A stretch of 64,000 nucleotides of DNA, taken from assembly GCA_012729095.1 (NCBI GenBank), contig JAAYDU010000027.1, positions 1,238-65,237 of the forward strand, written 5' to 3'. The DNA is from Methanobacteriota archaeon. Lineage in GTDB: Archaea > Thermoplasmatota > Thermoplasmata > Methanomassiliicoccales > UBA472. A model generated the notes under the pieces. It did no database searches, was not told the origin of the DNA, and worked only from the letters and a program-made list of their open reading frames with translations. This document shows, one piece after another, positions 14,142 to 23,321 of this stretch. Both the position numbers and the translations under genes were made by a program. The first letter of the stretch is position 1, and the number at the start of each line of letters is the position of its first letter.

Positions 14142-16760
14142 TTGGGAGAACGAATTATCTCGTTGGCGGAGAAGGGAGATATCGAGGAGATAGGTGGCAA
14201 GGCCCGCAACCTCATGGACCTGCTGGTGGCCGGATTTCCGGTTCCGGAGGGCTGGGTCGTGAGCACCATCGCCTATGATAACTTCCTGGACAGGAACGGA
14301 CTGAGAGAGCGCATCTCGAAGGCCCTGGGGGACCTGGACTACAGGGACGCCGTGAAGGTGGTACGCTGCGCGGAGACCATCCGAAGCTGGGTATTGGAGG
14401 CGGATATGGACCCCGACATCTCGACGCGGCTGCTGGAAGAGACCGAACCCTATGGGGGTTCGGGACTGTGGGCGGTGCGCTCCTCCGCCGTGGCCGAGGA
14501 CCTGGAGCAGGCATCTTTCGCCGGGCAGCAGGACACGTACCTCAACGTCACCAGGGAGAGGCTGGTGGACAGCGTGAGGAAATGCTGGGCCTCGTATTGG
14601 AACGACCGGGCCATGGAGTACCGCCATGACAAGGGCATTGGGCACCTGGACGCCGGCATGGCCGTGGTCGTGCAGCGCATGGTCAACGCCGATTCCTCGG
14701 GCATCATGTTCACCTCCGACCCCATAACCGGGGAGGAGAAGATAATCATAGAATCCAGCTGGGGGCTGGGAGAGTCCATCGCCTCCGGCCTGGTCACACC
14801 GGACCGCTTCGTCTGCGAGGCCTCCACCGGAGAGGTGAAGGAATCAAAGATCAGCAGCAAGGCCCAGGCCATATTCCTGTCATCGGAGGGGGAGAAGGTC
14901 ATGGACGTGCCCGAAGCGGAGAGGAACCGGCCGTCTTTGACCAGGGGAAAGGTGGAGCTGGTCGCCAAGCTGGGCATGAAGCTGCACCAGCACATGGGCG
15001 CCCCGCAGGACATAGAGTGGGCGGCGGAGGGGGACAAGATCTATTTGCTGCAGTCCCGGCCCATCACCACCATCGGCGGCGACCTCACGCTGTGGACGCG
15101 CGGTTACGGGGACGAGTACTGGGCGGACGTCACCTCGCCCCTGTTCTTCTCCATACTCGGCCCCTGGTTGACCAAGTACGTCAACTGGGAGGGCAGCGCG
15201 ATAATGGGCTACAAGGAGCTGACCAACAAGCCGCTGCTGAAGATACACAAGGGCCACGTCTACTTCAACGCCGAGGTGCTGGAAGGGATGCTCATGTACA
15301 ATCCCAAGTTCTCCCGCACCAAGGAACTGCTGAACTACTTTCCGGAAAGGGACCAGCAGCGCATAGCCAATGCCGACTTCCGCACGGGGAAGAGGGTCCT
15401 TGCCATGCTGCGCACGGCGGTGCTCGACTGGGACGGGAACATACTGCGCACGGACAAGGCCTACAAGAGATGGGCAGCCCGGTTCATGAGGTGGGCGGAG
15501 GAGTTCGACGCTCGCGACCTTTCCGCGATACCGGACGACAAGCTAGAGGATGTCATCTGGGAGATGGAGGACCAGCTGGTGAAGCATTACCGGCTCATCC
15601 GATACGGAATGGTCGGGCACTCCATAGGCATGAACATGATCATGAAGCGCTGGCTGCAGGACTGGATAGGTGATGACAAGGGCATACTCTACTCCAAGGT
15701 GATCAGCGGGCTGAAGGGCAACAAGACCATAGAGACGAACATAGCCCTGAACCTGCTGGCCGATCGCGCCCGTTCCGACGCCTACGTCCAGAGCAAGGTG
15801 CTGGGGCTCAGCTCGGAGGACGTTCTCGTCCAGATGCGCTCTGACGAGGGGATGTCCTCCTACGCCAGGGAATTCGATTCTTTCCTGAAGGAGTACGGGC
15901 ACCGCTCTCACACCCGCGAGATCTACTTCCCCCGCTGGGGGGAGGACCCCCGACTGGTGGCGGACATCGTTCGCTCGCTGCTGTCCTCCCCGCCGGTGGA
16001 CCTGGAGGACCTGGAAAGGCGCAAGATCAGGGAAAGGGAAGAGGTGGAGAAGGAGATACTGGTCAAGATAAAGGGGGTAAAGCGGGGATGGCTGAAGGCC
16101 CGCATGTTCAAGGTCATACTGGGCTTTGCCCAGACCTATCTCATGTTCAGGGAGAACCAGCGCTATTACCTGGACCACATACTGCACCGCCAGCGCCGGG
16201 TGTACGTGGAGTTCGCCCGCCGCTTCTTGGAAAAGGGGACGATAGAAAGGGAGGAGGACATCTTCTTCCTGTCCAAGGAGGAGATATTCGCCCTGGCCAA
16301 GGGCGAGGGCAAGGATGCCCTGGAGAAGGTCCCCGCGCGCCGCAAGGAGTTCGTGGACTGGAGGGGGGAGCTTCCGCCCAAGTTCCTGAAGGGCACGGTG
16401 GAGTTCGACGATACCGTAAAGGTCGTTGAGAACTCCGCACAGCTCACCGGGACCTCGGCCAGCCCGGGCGTGGCCACCGGCCCGGTGCGGGTCGTCGATT
16501 CCATAGAGCAGCTGTCGGAGGTGAGGGAGGGGGAGATACTCGTGACCTCCAACACCGACCCCGGCTGGACGGCCGTTTTCTCGAAGATCGCCGGCCTGGT
16601 CACGGAGACCGGCGGCATACTGTCGCACGGGGCGGTGGTCTCCCGGGAGTACGGCATTCCGGCGGTCACCGCGGTGAAGGGAGCAACGAAAATCTTCATA
16701 ACGGGTCAGAGGATAACCCTTGACGGCAACGAAGGCCTGATATACATCAGGGAAGGATGA
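14142..16760 (+). CDS. PEP-utilising phosphotransferase with PpsA-type ATP-grasp N-terminus and swivelling phosphohistidine C-terminus (rifampin-phosphotransferase-like architecture)
   Basis: 872 aa. N-terminal IGGKARNLMDLL...QDIEW...YLLQSRPIT. C-terminal TGGILSHGAVVSREYGIPAV. There is no PEP/pyruvate TIM-barrel domain; the ~450-aa middle region is unassigned. TTG start. Confidence 0.75.
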   Translation: MGERIISLAEKGDIEEIGGKARNLMDLLVAGFPVPEGWVVSTIAYDNFLDRNGLRERISKALGDLDYRDAVKVVRCAETIRSWVLEADMDPDISTRLLEETEPYGGSGLWAVRSSAVAEDLEQASFAGQQDTYLNVTRERLVDSVRKCWASYWNDRAMEYRHDKGIGHLDAGMAVVVQRMVNADSSGIMFTSDPITGEEKIIIESSWGLGESIASGLVTPDRFVCEASTGEVKESKISSKAQAIFLSSEGEKVMDVPEAERNRPSLTRGKVELVAKLGMKLHQHMGAPQDIEWAAEGDKIYLLQSRPITTIGGDLTLWTRGYGDEYWADVTSPLFFSILGPWLTKYVNWEGSAIMGYKELTNKPLLKIHKGHVYFNAEVLEGMLMYNPKFSRTKELLNYFPERDQQRIANADFRTGKRVLAMLRTAVLDWDGNILRTDKAYKRWAARFMRWAEEFDARDLSAIPDDKLEDVIWEMEDQLVKHYRLIRYGMVGHSIGMNMIMKRWLQDWIGDDKGILYSKVISGLKGNKTIETNIALNLLADRARSDAYVQSKVLGLSSEDVLVQMRSDEGMSSYAREFDSFLKEYGHRSHTREIYFPRWGEDPRLVADIVRSLLSSPPVDLEDLERRKIREREEVEKEILVKIKGVKRGWLKARMFKVILGFAQTYLMFRENQRYYLDHILHRQRRVYVEFARRFLEKGTIEREEDIFFLSKEEIFALAKGEGKDALEKVPARRKEFVDWRGELPPKFLKGTVEFDDTVKVVENSAQLTGTSASPGVATGPVRVVDSIEQLSEVREGEILVTSNTDPGWTAVFSKIAGLVTETGGILSHGAVVSREYGIPAVTAVKGATKIFITGQRITLDGNEGLIYIREG

Positions 16761-17677
16761 TTCCAGTGGAAACCGACATTATTCACGAACATGGCGAGCA
16801 GAAGAACTGGAACGAGAGTTTCTATTTCAGCTTCTATGACCGCGGAAACGACATCTGCGGATTCCTGCGCCTAGGCCTGAAACCCAACAAGAACGAGAAG
16901 ATGCTGTTCTGCTTCTTCATGATGCCCGACGGTTCCTTGGTAGGCACCAAGGAGAGCGTGGAGTTCGACGAGGCGACCCTGAGCATGAAGGGGGTCACCT
17001 TTACCAAGGTGGAGGACGAGAAGGTCTGGAACCTGGCGTTCGACGGAGAGCTCCCGGTGCACAACAAGGGAGAGGACAGCGTGGCCAAGGTCAAGTTCGA
17101 CCTGCGCTTCGAGGGAACGAACCCGATGTTCAACTACCGCGAGTGCGTGACCTCCGACAAGGAAGCGTTGGCGGCGGCAGTGGCCTCCGAGCACATGGAG
17201 CAGATGGGCAAGGTGCTGGGCAACTTGAAGGTCGACGATCGCGAGTACTACATCAAGGCGCTCGGAGAGAGGGACCATTCCTGGGGAGAGCGCGATTGGA
17301 CCGCCCCAAGGGCCTGGGTATGGCTCACCTGCCAGGTCAGCGAGGACTTCGGGTTCAACGTCACCAAGCTGTACATGGACAAGGGGGACATCGACGCTGG
17401 CTTCATCTACGTGGACGGGGAGAACATTCCCCTGGTGAAGATCGACATGGTGACCGAGTACGACGCTGACGGCAGCCCGAACACCCTGTTCATGGCCATG
17501 TACGACAAGGACGGCGTGGTGTACGGCGTGAAGGGAGAGGTGAAGAAGAAGGCCATCATGGAGTTCAAGGGCGAGAACGACCGCGGCTCCATCATGTTCG
17601 AGACCTTGGCCAAGTACCGCATCGATGACGGCGAGGATGCTGGCTACGGCATAGCCGAGTACCTGCTCAGGAAGTGA
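16757..17677 (+). CDS. Uncharacterised protein translationally coupled to the PEP-utilising phosphotransferase
   Basis: 306 aa with an ATGA overlap to the upstream gene. The sequence is beta-rich (NWNESFYFSFYD..., GERDHSWGERDW). No family was confidently recognised. Confidence 0.5.
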   Translation: MIPVETDIIHEHGEQKNWNESFYFSFYDRGNDICGFLRLGLKPNKNEKMLFCFFMMPDGSLVGTKESVEFDEATLSMKGVTFTKVEDEKVWNLAFDGELPVHNKGEDSVAKVKFDLRFEGTNPMFNYRECVTSDKEALAAAVASEHMEQMGKVLGNLKVDDREYYIKALGERDHSWGERDWTAPRAWVWLTCQVSEDFGFNVTKLYMDKGDIDAGFIYVDGENIPLVKIDMVTEYDADGSPNTLFMAMYDKDGVVYGVKGEVKKKAIMEFKGENDRGSIMFETLAKYRIDDGEDAGYGIAEYLLRK

Positions 17678-17936
17678 ACGGGCGCATCCCCCTGATCATC
17701 CCGGTCAGGGAGATGCTGGAGCAGTACATGTCCGCCAGCTTCCTGGCCTCGGGGACGGGCACCCCGTCCCTTACCAGGGCGAGGTAGAACCTTTTCCCCT
17801 CCGCCCGGGCCCTGCGGCGCATGCGCAGGTAGGCGATGCCCAGGCCGAACAGCAGCCCGGGAACGGCCGCGGCGATGTAGATGATCGCCTGGCCATCTTC
17901 CTTTTGCTTCTGGGTCCTGACCATGCCATCCCTCAA
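17667..17936 (-). CDS. Small single-pass membrane protein
   Basis: 89 aa with one hydrophobic span (AIIYIAAAVPGLLFGLGIAYL) followed by RMRRRARAE. 4-nt overlap with the upstream ORF. Confidence 0.4.
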   Translation of the reverse strand: MRDGMVRTQKQKEDGQAIIYIAAAVPGLLFGLGIAYLRMRRRARAEGKRFYLALVRDGVPVPEARKLADMYCSSISLTGMIRGMRPFTS

Positions 17937-18214
17937 TCCTCTTTCTTGCTCGCTCCGCTAACTATGTTCTTGAGCATGCCGCCCAGGCTCAGGTTGGACA
18001 TGTAGTCCTTGGTGAGCTCGAATGCCTGCTCGTTGCTCATGCCCGCGTCCCTCAGGGCCTTGTAGAAGGCCGCCACGGATTCCCCGAACTTGGTTCCCTC
18101 CTGCGCCCCGTACAGCACCTTGGTGATATTGTCCAGCAGCTTCGGCACCTGCTCGGAGAGCACGGTGAACATCTGTCTCAACTGTTCCGGGTCCGGCATA
18201 TCGTTGTCGCTCAT
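17933..18214 (-). CDS. Small acidic helical protein of unknown function
   Basis: 93 aa (MSDNDMPDPEQLRQMFTVLSEQVPKLLDNITKVLYG...), preceded by GAGGTGAGGA. Coupled to the downstream membrane protein. Confidence 0.45.
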   Translation of the reverse strand: MSDNDMPDPEQLRQMFTVLSEQVPKLLDNITKVLYGAQEGTKFGESVAAFYKALRDAGMSNEQAFELTKDYMSNLSLGGMLKNIVSGASKKED

Positions 18215-18319
18215 GTCCTCACCTCGTCATCAGGGTATTTCGCACCTGCCCCTGCACCTCGATATTCAGCAACTTCCACGTTCCACATTTTGCCATGCAC
18301 CTTCCTATGCCCGGTCACC

Positions 18320-18775
18320 CTACTTGGTGAGACCGAGCACCTGTGACCACCTCTTGACCAGGTCCTCCGACAGTCGGTAGGACCTCTCGTTCCGTCCGGC
18401 CTCCTCGACCAGTAGCCCTGCTTTCGCAAGCTCGCCCAGCTTGTCGCGGACTATGCGGCGGGAGGAGCTGCCTCGCCTTCCCTTGAGCTCGTCGGTGAGC
18501 TGTGATATGTTCAGCCCGGGTCGGTCCAGCAGTATTCGCAGAATGTCCTTGGAGATGGGGTCCTTGACCTCCGGGACTATGGTGTCGACGGACACCACCC
18601 CGTACCTCTGGTAGAGGTCCATCAGCCGGAAGTACTTGCCCACCGTCTCCTGGAACGTGGCCAGCTGGGATACCAGCTGGGAATAGGGGACGGAGACCTG
18701 GCGTATGGTCTCCTCAAGCTGAGCGATGCGCTCGGTCAGCTCCTGGATGCGCTTGGCATCGTCCGTCCCCGCCAC
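18320..18775 (-). CDS. Coiled-coil + winged-helix DNA-binding protein
   Basis: 151 aa. An N-terminal heptad-like helix (RIQELTERIAQLEETIRQ) is followed by a C-terminal wHTH (ISKDILRILLDRPGLNISQLTDELK...IVRDKLGELAKAGLLVEE). Confidence 0.5.
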   Translation of the reverse strand: MAGTDDAKRIQELTERIAQLEETIRQVSVPYSQLVSQLATFQETVGKYFRLMDLYQRYGVVSVDTIVPEVKDPISKDILRILLDRPGLNISQLTDELKGRRGSSSRRIVRDKLGELAKAGLLVEEAGRNERSYRLSEDLVKRWSQVLGLTK

Positions 18776-18828
18776 GGGTCATCATACCCCGGTGAAACGA
18801 TTAATATTTTATCGCATATGGAGAGGCC

Positions 18829-19500
18829 ATGGGCGAGGCGAAACTGCGAGTGGAGACGACCGCTTTCCCGGGGGTGTTCCGGTCCGGGAACATGGTCCTG
18901 ACAAGGAACCTCGCCCCTGGCAAGCGCGTGTACGGCGAGAGGCTTTTCTCTCAGGACGGAGAGGAGTACCGGGAATGGGTGCCGGACCGCAGCAAGCTGT
19001 GCGCCTACATCAGGAAGGGCGGTTCCGCCTTCCCCTTCCGGCCGGATTCCCACGTGCTATACCTGGGTGCATCCAGCGGGACCACCCCCAGCCACGTCTC
19101 CGACATCGTACCGCAGGGCAGGGTGTACGCGGTGGAGATATCCCCCCGCATGTTCCGGGACCTGGTCGGGGTCTGCGAGGACCGCCCGAACATGATGCCC
19201 ATACTAGGCGACGCCACCAAGCCGGACGATCTGTCCTTTCTGGTGGAGAGGGCGGACGTGGTCTACCAGGACGTGGCGCAGAAGAACCAGGCCGGAATGT
19301 TCGCCAAGGCCATGAAGCGCTTCTCCGCGCCCTGCGGGATGCTCGCGGTCAAGGCCCGGTCGGAGGATGTGTCCCGGGACCCGCGGCATGTGTTCCAGGA
19401 ATCGGCCGCCTACCTGAGGAAGGAGGGTTTCAAAGTGTTGGAGATAACAGACCTGGAGCCTTTCGAAAAGGACCACGCCATGATCGTTGTGGAGAGCTAG
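18829..19500 (+). CDS. flpA: Fibrillarin-like rRNA/tRNA 2'-O-methyltransferase
   Basis: Carries NLAPGKRVYGERLF...EYREWVPDRSKLCAYI...YLGASSGTTPSHVSDIV...VYAVEISPRMFRDL. Confidence 0.9.
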   Translation: MGEAKLRVETTAFPGVFRSGNMVLTRNLAPGKRVYGERLFSQDGEEYREWVPDRSKLCAYIRKGGSAFPFRPDSHVLYLGASSGTTPSHVSDIVPQGRVYAVEISPRMFRDLVGVCEDRPNMMPILGDATKPDDLSFLVERADVVYQDVAQKNQAGMFAKAMKRFSAPCGMLAVKARSEDVSRDPRHVFQESAAYLRKEGFKVLEITDLEPFEKDHAMIVVES

Positions 19501-19502
19501 CG

Positions 19503-20033
19503 TCACAGCCCCTTCTCGAGGCAAACCCCCCAGTCCTTTACATCCTTGCGCCCGGTGCAGGGAACCTTGACGTACCCTAGCGAGGCGTACAGGGCTATGG
19601 CCCCCGATTGCAGGTAACCGGTATCCACCATCACCCGCCGGTAGCCGAGCTCGCCGGCCTTGGCCTCCAGCTCCCTCATGAGTTGGCGGGCTATGCCCTT
19701 CCTCCTCCAAGCGGGGGAGACGTACAGGCGCTTGATGATCCCCGTCACCTCGTCCCATGGCCTGAGGCCGCCGCAGGCTACGGGGGCACCGCCCGAACGC
19801 GCCACCAGGAAGGCCGCCCGGGGCACGGTGAACTCCTCCTGAGGAGGGGGGGAGGTGGTCACCTCTCCGTACATGCTGTCGATCTCCCTGCGCATCTCCC
19901 AGAGCATCTCGATCGCCTCCGGGAGAAAGGGGTCCGCAGCGCCGATGACCACTGAACCGACCCCCGGAACGGGCGTGCCATCGTCCTCGTTTCCCATGAC
20001 CTGTGCAGGAACGGGAATCAGATAAATAGCCAT
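19503..20033 (-). CDS. GNAT family N-acetyltransferase
   Basis: Acetyl-CoA motif LYVSPAWRRKGIARQLMRELEAKAGELGY. Confidence 0.75.
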   Translation of the reverse strand: MAIYLIPVPAQVMGNEDDGTPVPGVGSVVIGAADPFLPEAIEMLWEMRREIDSMYGEVTTSPPPQEEFTVPRAAFLVARSGGAPVACGGLRPWDEVTGIIKRLYVSPAWRRKGIARQLMRELEAKAGELGYRRVMVDTGYLQSGAIALYASLGYVKVPCTGRKDVKDWGVCLEKGL

Positions 20034-20116
20034 AGCCCCTCTAGGGCCGTTCGTGATGGAGCGATGATCGTCTGCCCAATGTCTACGCCATAGGATTCCA
20101 AGGGGACCGCTTTCTC

Positions 20117-20440
20117 ATGGTGTACAATCCCAGACGCGGAGGCTGGGAGATGCCCGGAGGCAAGCTGGAGGAGTTCGAGACGCCGCTGGAGGGAATAGTC
20201 CGGGAGTACCGCGAGGAGTGCGGCTTCGAACTGGGCGTCCTGGACTGCCGCCCCATGGGAGAGGTGGTGGTCTTCGCAGGGGTCCTGAAGGACCGCCGGG
20301 GAGAGGCGGAGATGGGCTGGGAACTGATGGACGACCTCCCGCATGACCTGGCCTTCCCGGAATGCGAGTACCGGGAGCAGATCGCCTGGGCCAGGGAGGC
20401 CGTGCGCAACAGGCTGGGAAAGTGTCTAACCATTAAATAG
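20117..20440 (+). CDS. Nudix hydrolase (short)
   Basis: A complete Nudix box GGKLEEFETPLEGIVREYREECGF (Gx5Ex7REUxEExGU). The frame upstream of the ATG also encodes a plausible first beta-strand but has no start codon there. Confidence 0.7.
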   Translation: MVYNPRRGGWEMPGGKLEEFETPLEGIVREYREECGFELGVLDCRPMGEVVVFAGVLKDRRGEAEMGWELMDDLPHDLAFPECEYREQIAWAREAVRNRLGKCLTIK

Positions 20441-20518
20441 TAGGAGTGAAATAGACGGTCACTTCGCCGCCACCAACGAAGTAAACGATTTACGATATCA
20501 ACACAGGATGATGTTCAC

Positions 20519-20977
20519 ATGGCAAGAATGCACGCCAGGAGAAGGGGTTCCTCCCGTTCCAGGAGGCCCCTGCTGACCGAGAACCCCGAGTGGGTCCCGC
20601 TGTCAAACGAAGAGGTAGTAGAAATGGTGGTCAAGCTGGGAAAGGAAGGCATGACCAGCTCCAAGATAGGCGTGGTCCTGAGGGACCAGCATGCCGTGCC
20701 CAGCGTGAAGCTGGCCACCGGCAAGAGCATCATGGAGATACTGAACGAGAACGACCTTTCCCCCAAGCTCCCCGAGGACCTGATGGCCCTCATGAGGAAG
20801 GCCATAAACCTGAACGTTCATGTTCAGAGGGGCAACCGCGGCGACATATCCAACCGCCGGGGGCTGCAGCTCGTGGAGTCCAAGATCAGGCGCTTGGTGA
20901 AGTACTACAAGGGCAAGGACGTACTGCCTTCGGACTGGAACTACTCCCTGAAGAACGCCGAACTGCTCATCGAGTGA
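20519..20977 (+). CDS. rps15: Ribosomal protein uS15
   Basis: 152 aa. MARMHARRRGSSRSRRP... with the archaeal/eukaryotic S13e-type N-terminal extension and the S15 core (RRGLQLVESKIRRLVKYY). Confidence 0.9.
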   Translation: MARMHARRRGSSRSRRPLLTENPEWVPLSNEEVVEMVVKLGKEGMTSSKIGVVLRDQHAVPSVKLATGKSIMEILNENDLSPKLPEDLMALMRKAINLNVHVQRGNRGDISNRRGLQLVESKIRRLVKYYKGKDVLPSDWNYSLKNAELLIE

Positions 20978-20984
20978 GTGGGAC

Positions 20985-22343
20985 ATGGACGCCAGCGTCC
21001 TTCCGGAAAACCTCTTAGATCGCTTTTCCTTAGCCGCGGCCGCTGTGCGCGCCTGCACCGAGGCCCGGGTTTTTTCACACAACGATGCGGACGGCATTGG
21101 CGCCGCCAGCGTTCTGACCTCCATGCTGGCTCGGGCCGGCAAGGGATCGCAGGCCACCATGCTCAAGGGCTTCGACCTTCCGACCATACAGGGCGGCTTG
21201 GTGCAGGGGATCGACCTGCTCATAGTGGCCGACATGGGGTCCAGCGACCTCACCGCCCTGGAAGGGCTGGGCGTCAAGACCATCGTGCTGGACCATCACC
21301 GGCCTGAGAAGGACTCGGAGGTAGTGATGCACCTGAACCCCTCCGTGCTCAAGGTCGATGGCGCTCGTTACGCCTGCGCGAGCACCCTGTCGATGCTGCT
21401 GGCAGTGACGGTCGATGATAACAACTGGGACCTGCTGCCCATGGCCTTCGCGGGAATGGTCGGCGACCGCCAGCACATGCAGGGGCTGAGCGGGGTGAAC
21501 GCCCACCTTTTCATCGAGGGGAGCAAGAAAGACCTGGTCCAGGAGAGGAAGGGGTCCCTGCTCCCTCCGGGACCGGTTGGGGACGGTCTCTTGAGGAGCG
21601 CACACCCCTTCATAAGGGGGGTGAGCGGCGACACCCAGGGAATGGCCAGGCTGCTGCAGGAAGCGAACATCAGGGCAGAGAGCACCTGGGATGGACTGGA
21701 CGAGGCGGGAAGAAGGCGGCTGTCATCCCTGATATCGTTGCGCTTGCTTGAACAGGGATGCTCCCTGGGCAGCCTCGAGGATGAGCTGGCCCCCGATTAC
21801 TTCTTCCCGAAGGACAGTTCACGGGCATACCACCTCACCCGCCTGGTCAACGCCTGCGGGCGGGTCGACGAGACCGCGCTTGGATTGGCCGCGCTCCTGG
21901 GCGAGAAGGAGGCCAGGGAAAGGGCTGAATCCCTGGTCAAGGACTATGATGACATGCTGCTCGACGCCGCCAAACGCACGGCGGAGCGGGGAATTTCCAA
22001 GGAGACCGCCATCCAGCATTTCGAATCACCGCACAGGGAGGTCTCCAGCGAGCTGTGCGGGCTGGTGATGCAATGGATCGGCGACCAGGACAAGGCGACC
22101 ATCTGCCTCACGCGCATGGACAAGGACATCAAGGTCTCCTCGCGGGGGAACCGGAAACTTGTGGACAAGGATGGACTGGACCTGTCGGTGGCCATGAAGG
22201 AGGCCGCCGCCTCCGTGGGCGGAGTCGGCGGCGGTCACAACATAGCCAGCGGAGCGACGATACCGCTTGGCAAGAGCATTGACTTCATTCAGGCCCTGGA
22301 CGAGATCGTCGCGAGACAGACGGGACGGGTCAGCGCCAAGTGA
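20985..22343 (+). CDS. DHH/DHHA1 family RecJ-like phosphoesterase
   Basis: Carries FSHNDADGIGAASVL, VLDHHRP and a GGGH motif near the C-terminus (GGVGGGHNIASGA). It lies directly downstream of rps15, a common archaeal arrangement for RecJ/Cdc45-like genes. Confidence 0.7.
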   Translation: MDASVLPENLLDRFSLAAAAVRACTEARVFSHNDADGIGAASVLTSMLARAGKGSQATMLKGFDLPTIQGGLVQGIDLLIVADMGSSDLTALEGLGVKTIVLDHHRPEKDSEVVMHLNPSVLKVDGARYACASTLSMLLAVTVDDNNWDLLPMAFAGMVGDRQHMQGLSGVNAHLFIEGSKKDLVQERKGSLLPPGPVGDGLLRSAHPFIRGVSGDTQGMARLLQEANIRAESTWDGLDEAGRRRLSSLISLRLLEQGCSLGSLEDELAPDYFFPKDSSRAYHLTRLVNACGRVDETALGLAALLGEKEARERAESLVKDYDDMLLDAAKRTAERGISKETAIQHFESPHREVSSELCGLVMQWIGDQDKATICLTRMDKDIKVSSRGNRKLVDKDGLDLSVAMKEAAASVGGVGGGHNIASGATIPLGKSIDFIQALDEIVARQTGRVSAK

Positions 22344-23310
22344 CCTCCACCTGATCGGTGCGGAAGCGCTGGTCGACCGTGGTCGTTTCCAAGGGGTGCT
22401 CTATTCCGGCCTTGTGCATGACGAGCCCGGTCCAGGCGATCATGGCCCCGTTGTCCATGCACAGCGTTCGGTCGGGAACGAACATGCGGGCGCCCCTCGC
22501 TTCGGCCATGTCCTGGACCATGCGCTGCAGGCGCTTGTTCTGGACCACGCCGCCGCCCAGCAGCACCTCCTCCTTCTCCACGTGGGCCATGGCGCGCTCG
22601 GTGACCTCGGTTAGCATGGAGAAGCATGTCTCCTGCACGCTGAAGCATATGTCCTCCACGCGCTCCCCCTTGTTGCGGTGGGCGACCGCGGCGGTGAGTA
22701 TGCCGGAGAAGGCCATGTCCATGCCTTTGACCGAGTACGGAAGGTCCAGAAGCTTGCCGCCCTGGGCTGCGGCCTTCTCTATCTTGGGCCCGGCGTAGTA
22801 GCCGAGGCCGATCTCCCTGCCGAGCTTGTCCAGCATGTTGCCGATGCCGATGTCGAGCGTCTCACCGAATATGCGGTAGCGGCCGTTGGCGAAGGCTATG
22901 ACCTGGGTGTTCCCTCCTGACGCGTACAGAAGGACGGGGTCCCGGGCCGCGGTCTTGATCCTTCCTATCTCCAGATGGGATATGCAGTGGTTGACGCCTA
23001 TGATGGGGACGCCCAGGCTCAGCGACAGCGCGCGGGCGCCGGTGGCCACCGTGCGCAGGCAGGGCCCCAGTCCCGGCCCCTTGGAAAAGCATACCAGGCC
23101 GATGTCCTTGAACTTCAGTCCCGAACCCTCCATGGCCTGGCGGACCAGGGGGACCAGGCGCTCGGCGTGATGGTTAGCGGCCTCGCGGGGATGTATTCCG
23201 CCCTCAGCGGGGCGGTACATGTCCATCTCGTTGGCAAGGACGTTGCCTTTATCGTCGACTATGCCCACGCCCACGGTGTGGGCGGTCCCCTCTATGCCTA
23301 TGCAGTACAT
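22330..23310 (-). CDS. kae1: tRNA N6-adenosine threonylcarbamoyltransferase Kae1
   Basis: Carries MYCIGIEGTAHTVGVGIV, the metal site NHCISHLE, and GGVVQNKRL. Not fused to Bud32. Confidence 0.9.
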   Translation of the reverse strand: MYCIGIEGTAHTVGVGIVDDKGNVLANEMDMYRPAEGGIHPREAANHHAERLVPLVRQAMEGSGLKFKDIGLVCFSKGPGLGPCLRTVATGARALSLSLGVPIIGVNHCISHLEIGRIKTAARDPVLLYASGGNTQVIAFANGRYRIFGETLDIGIGNMLDKLGREIGLGYYAGPKIEKAAAQGGKLLDLPYSVKGMDMAFSGILTAAVAHRNKGERVEDICFSVQETCFSMLTEVTERAMAHVEKEEVLLGGGVVQNKRLQRMVQDMAEARGARMFVPDRTLCMDNGAMIAWTGLVMHKAGIEHPLETTTVDQRFRTDQVEVTWR

Positions 23311-23321
23311 TGCCCTTGGAC

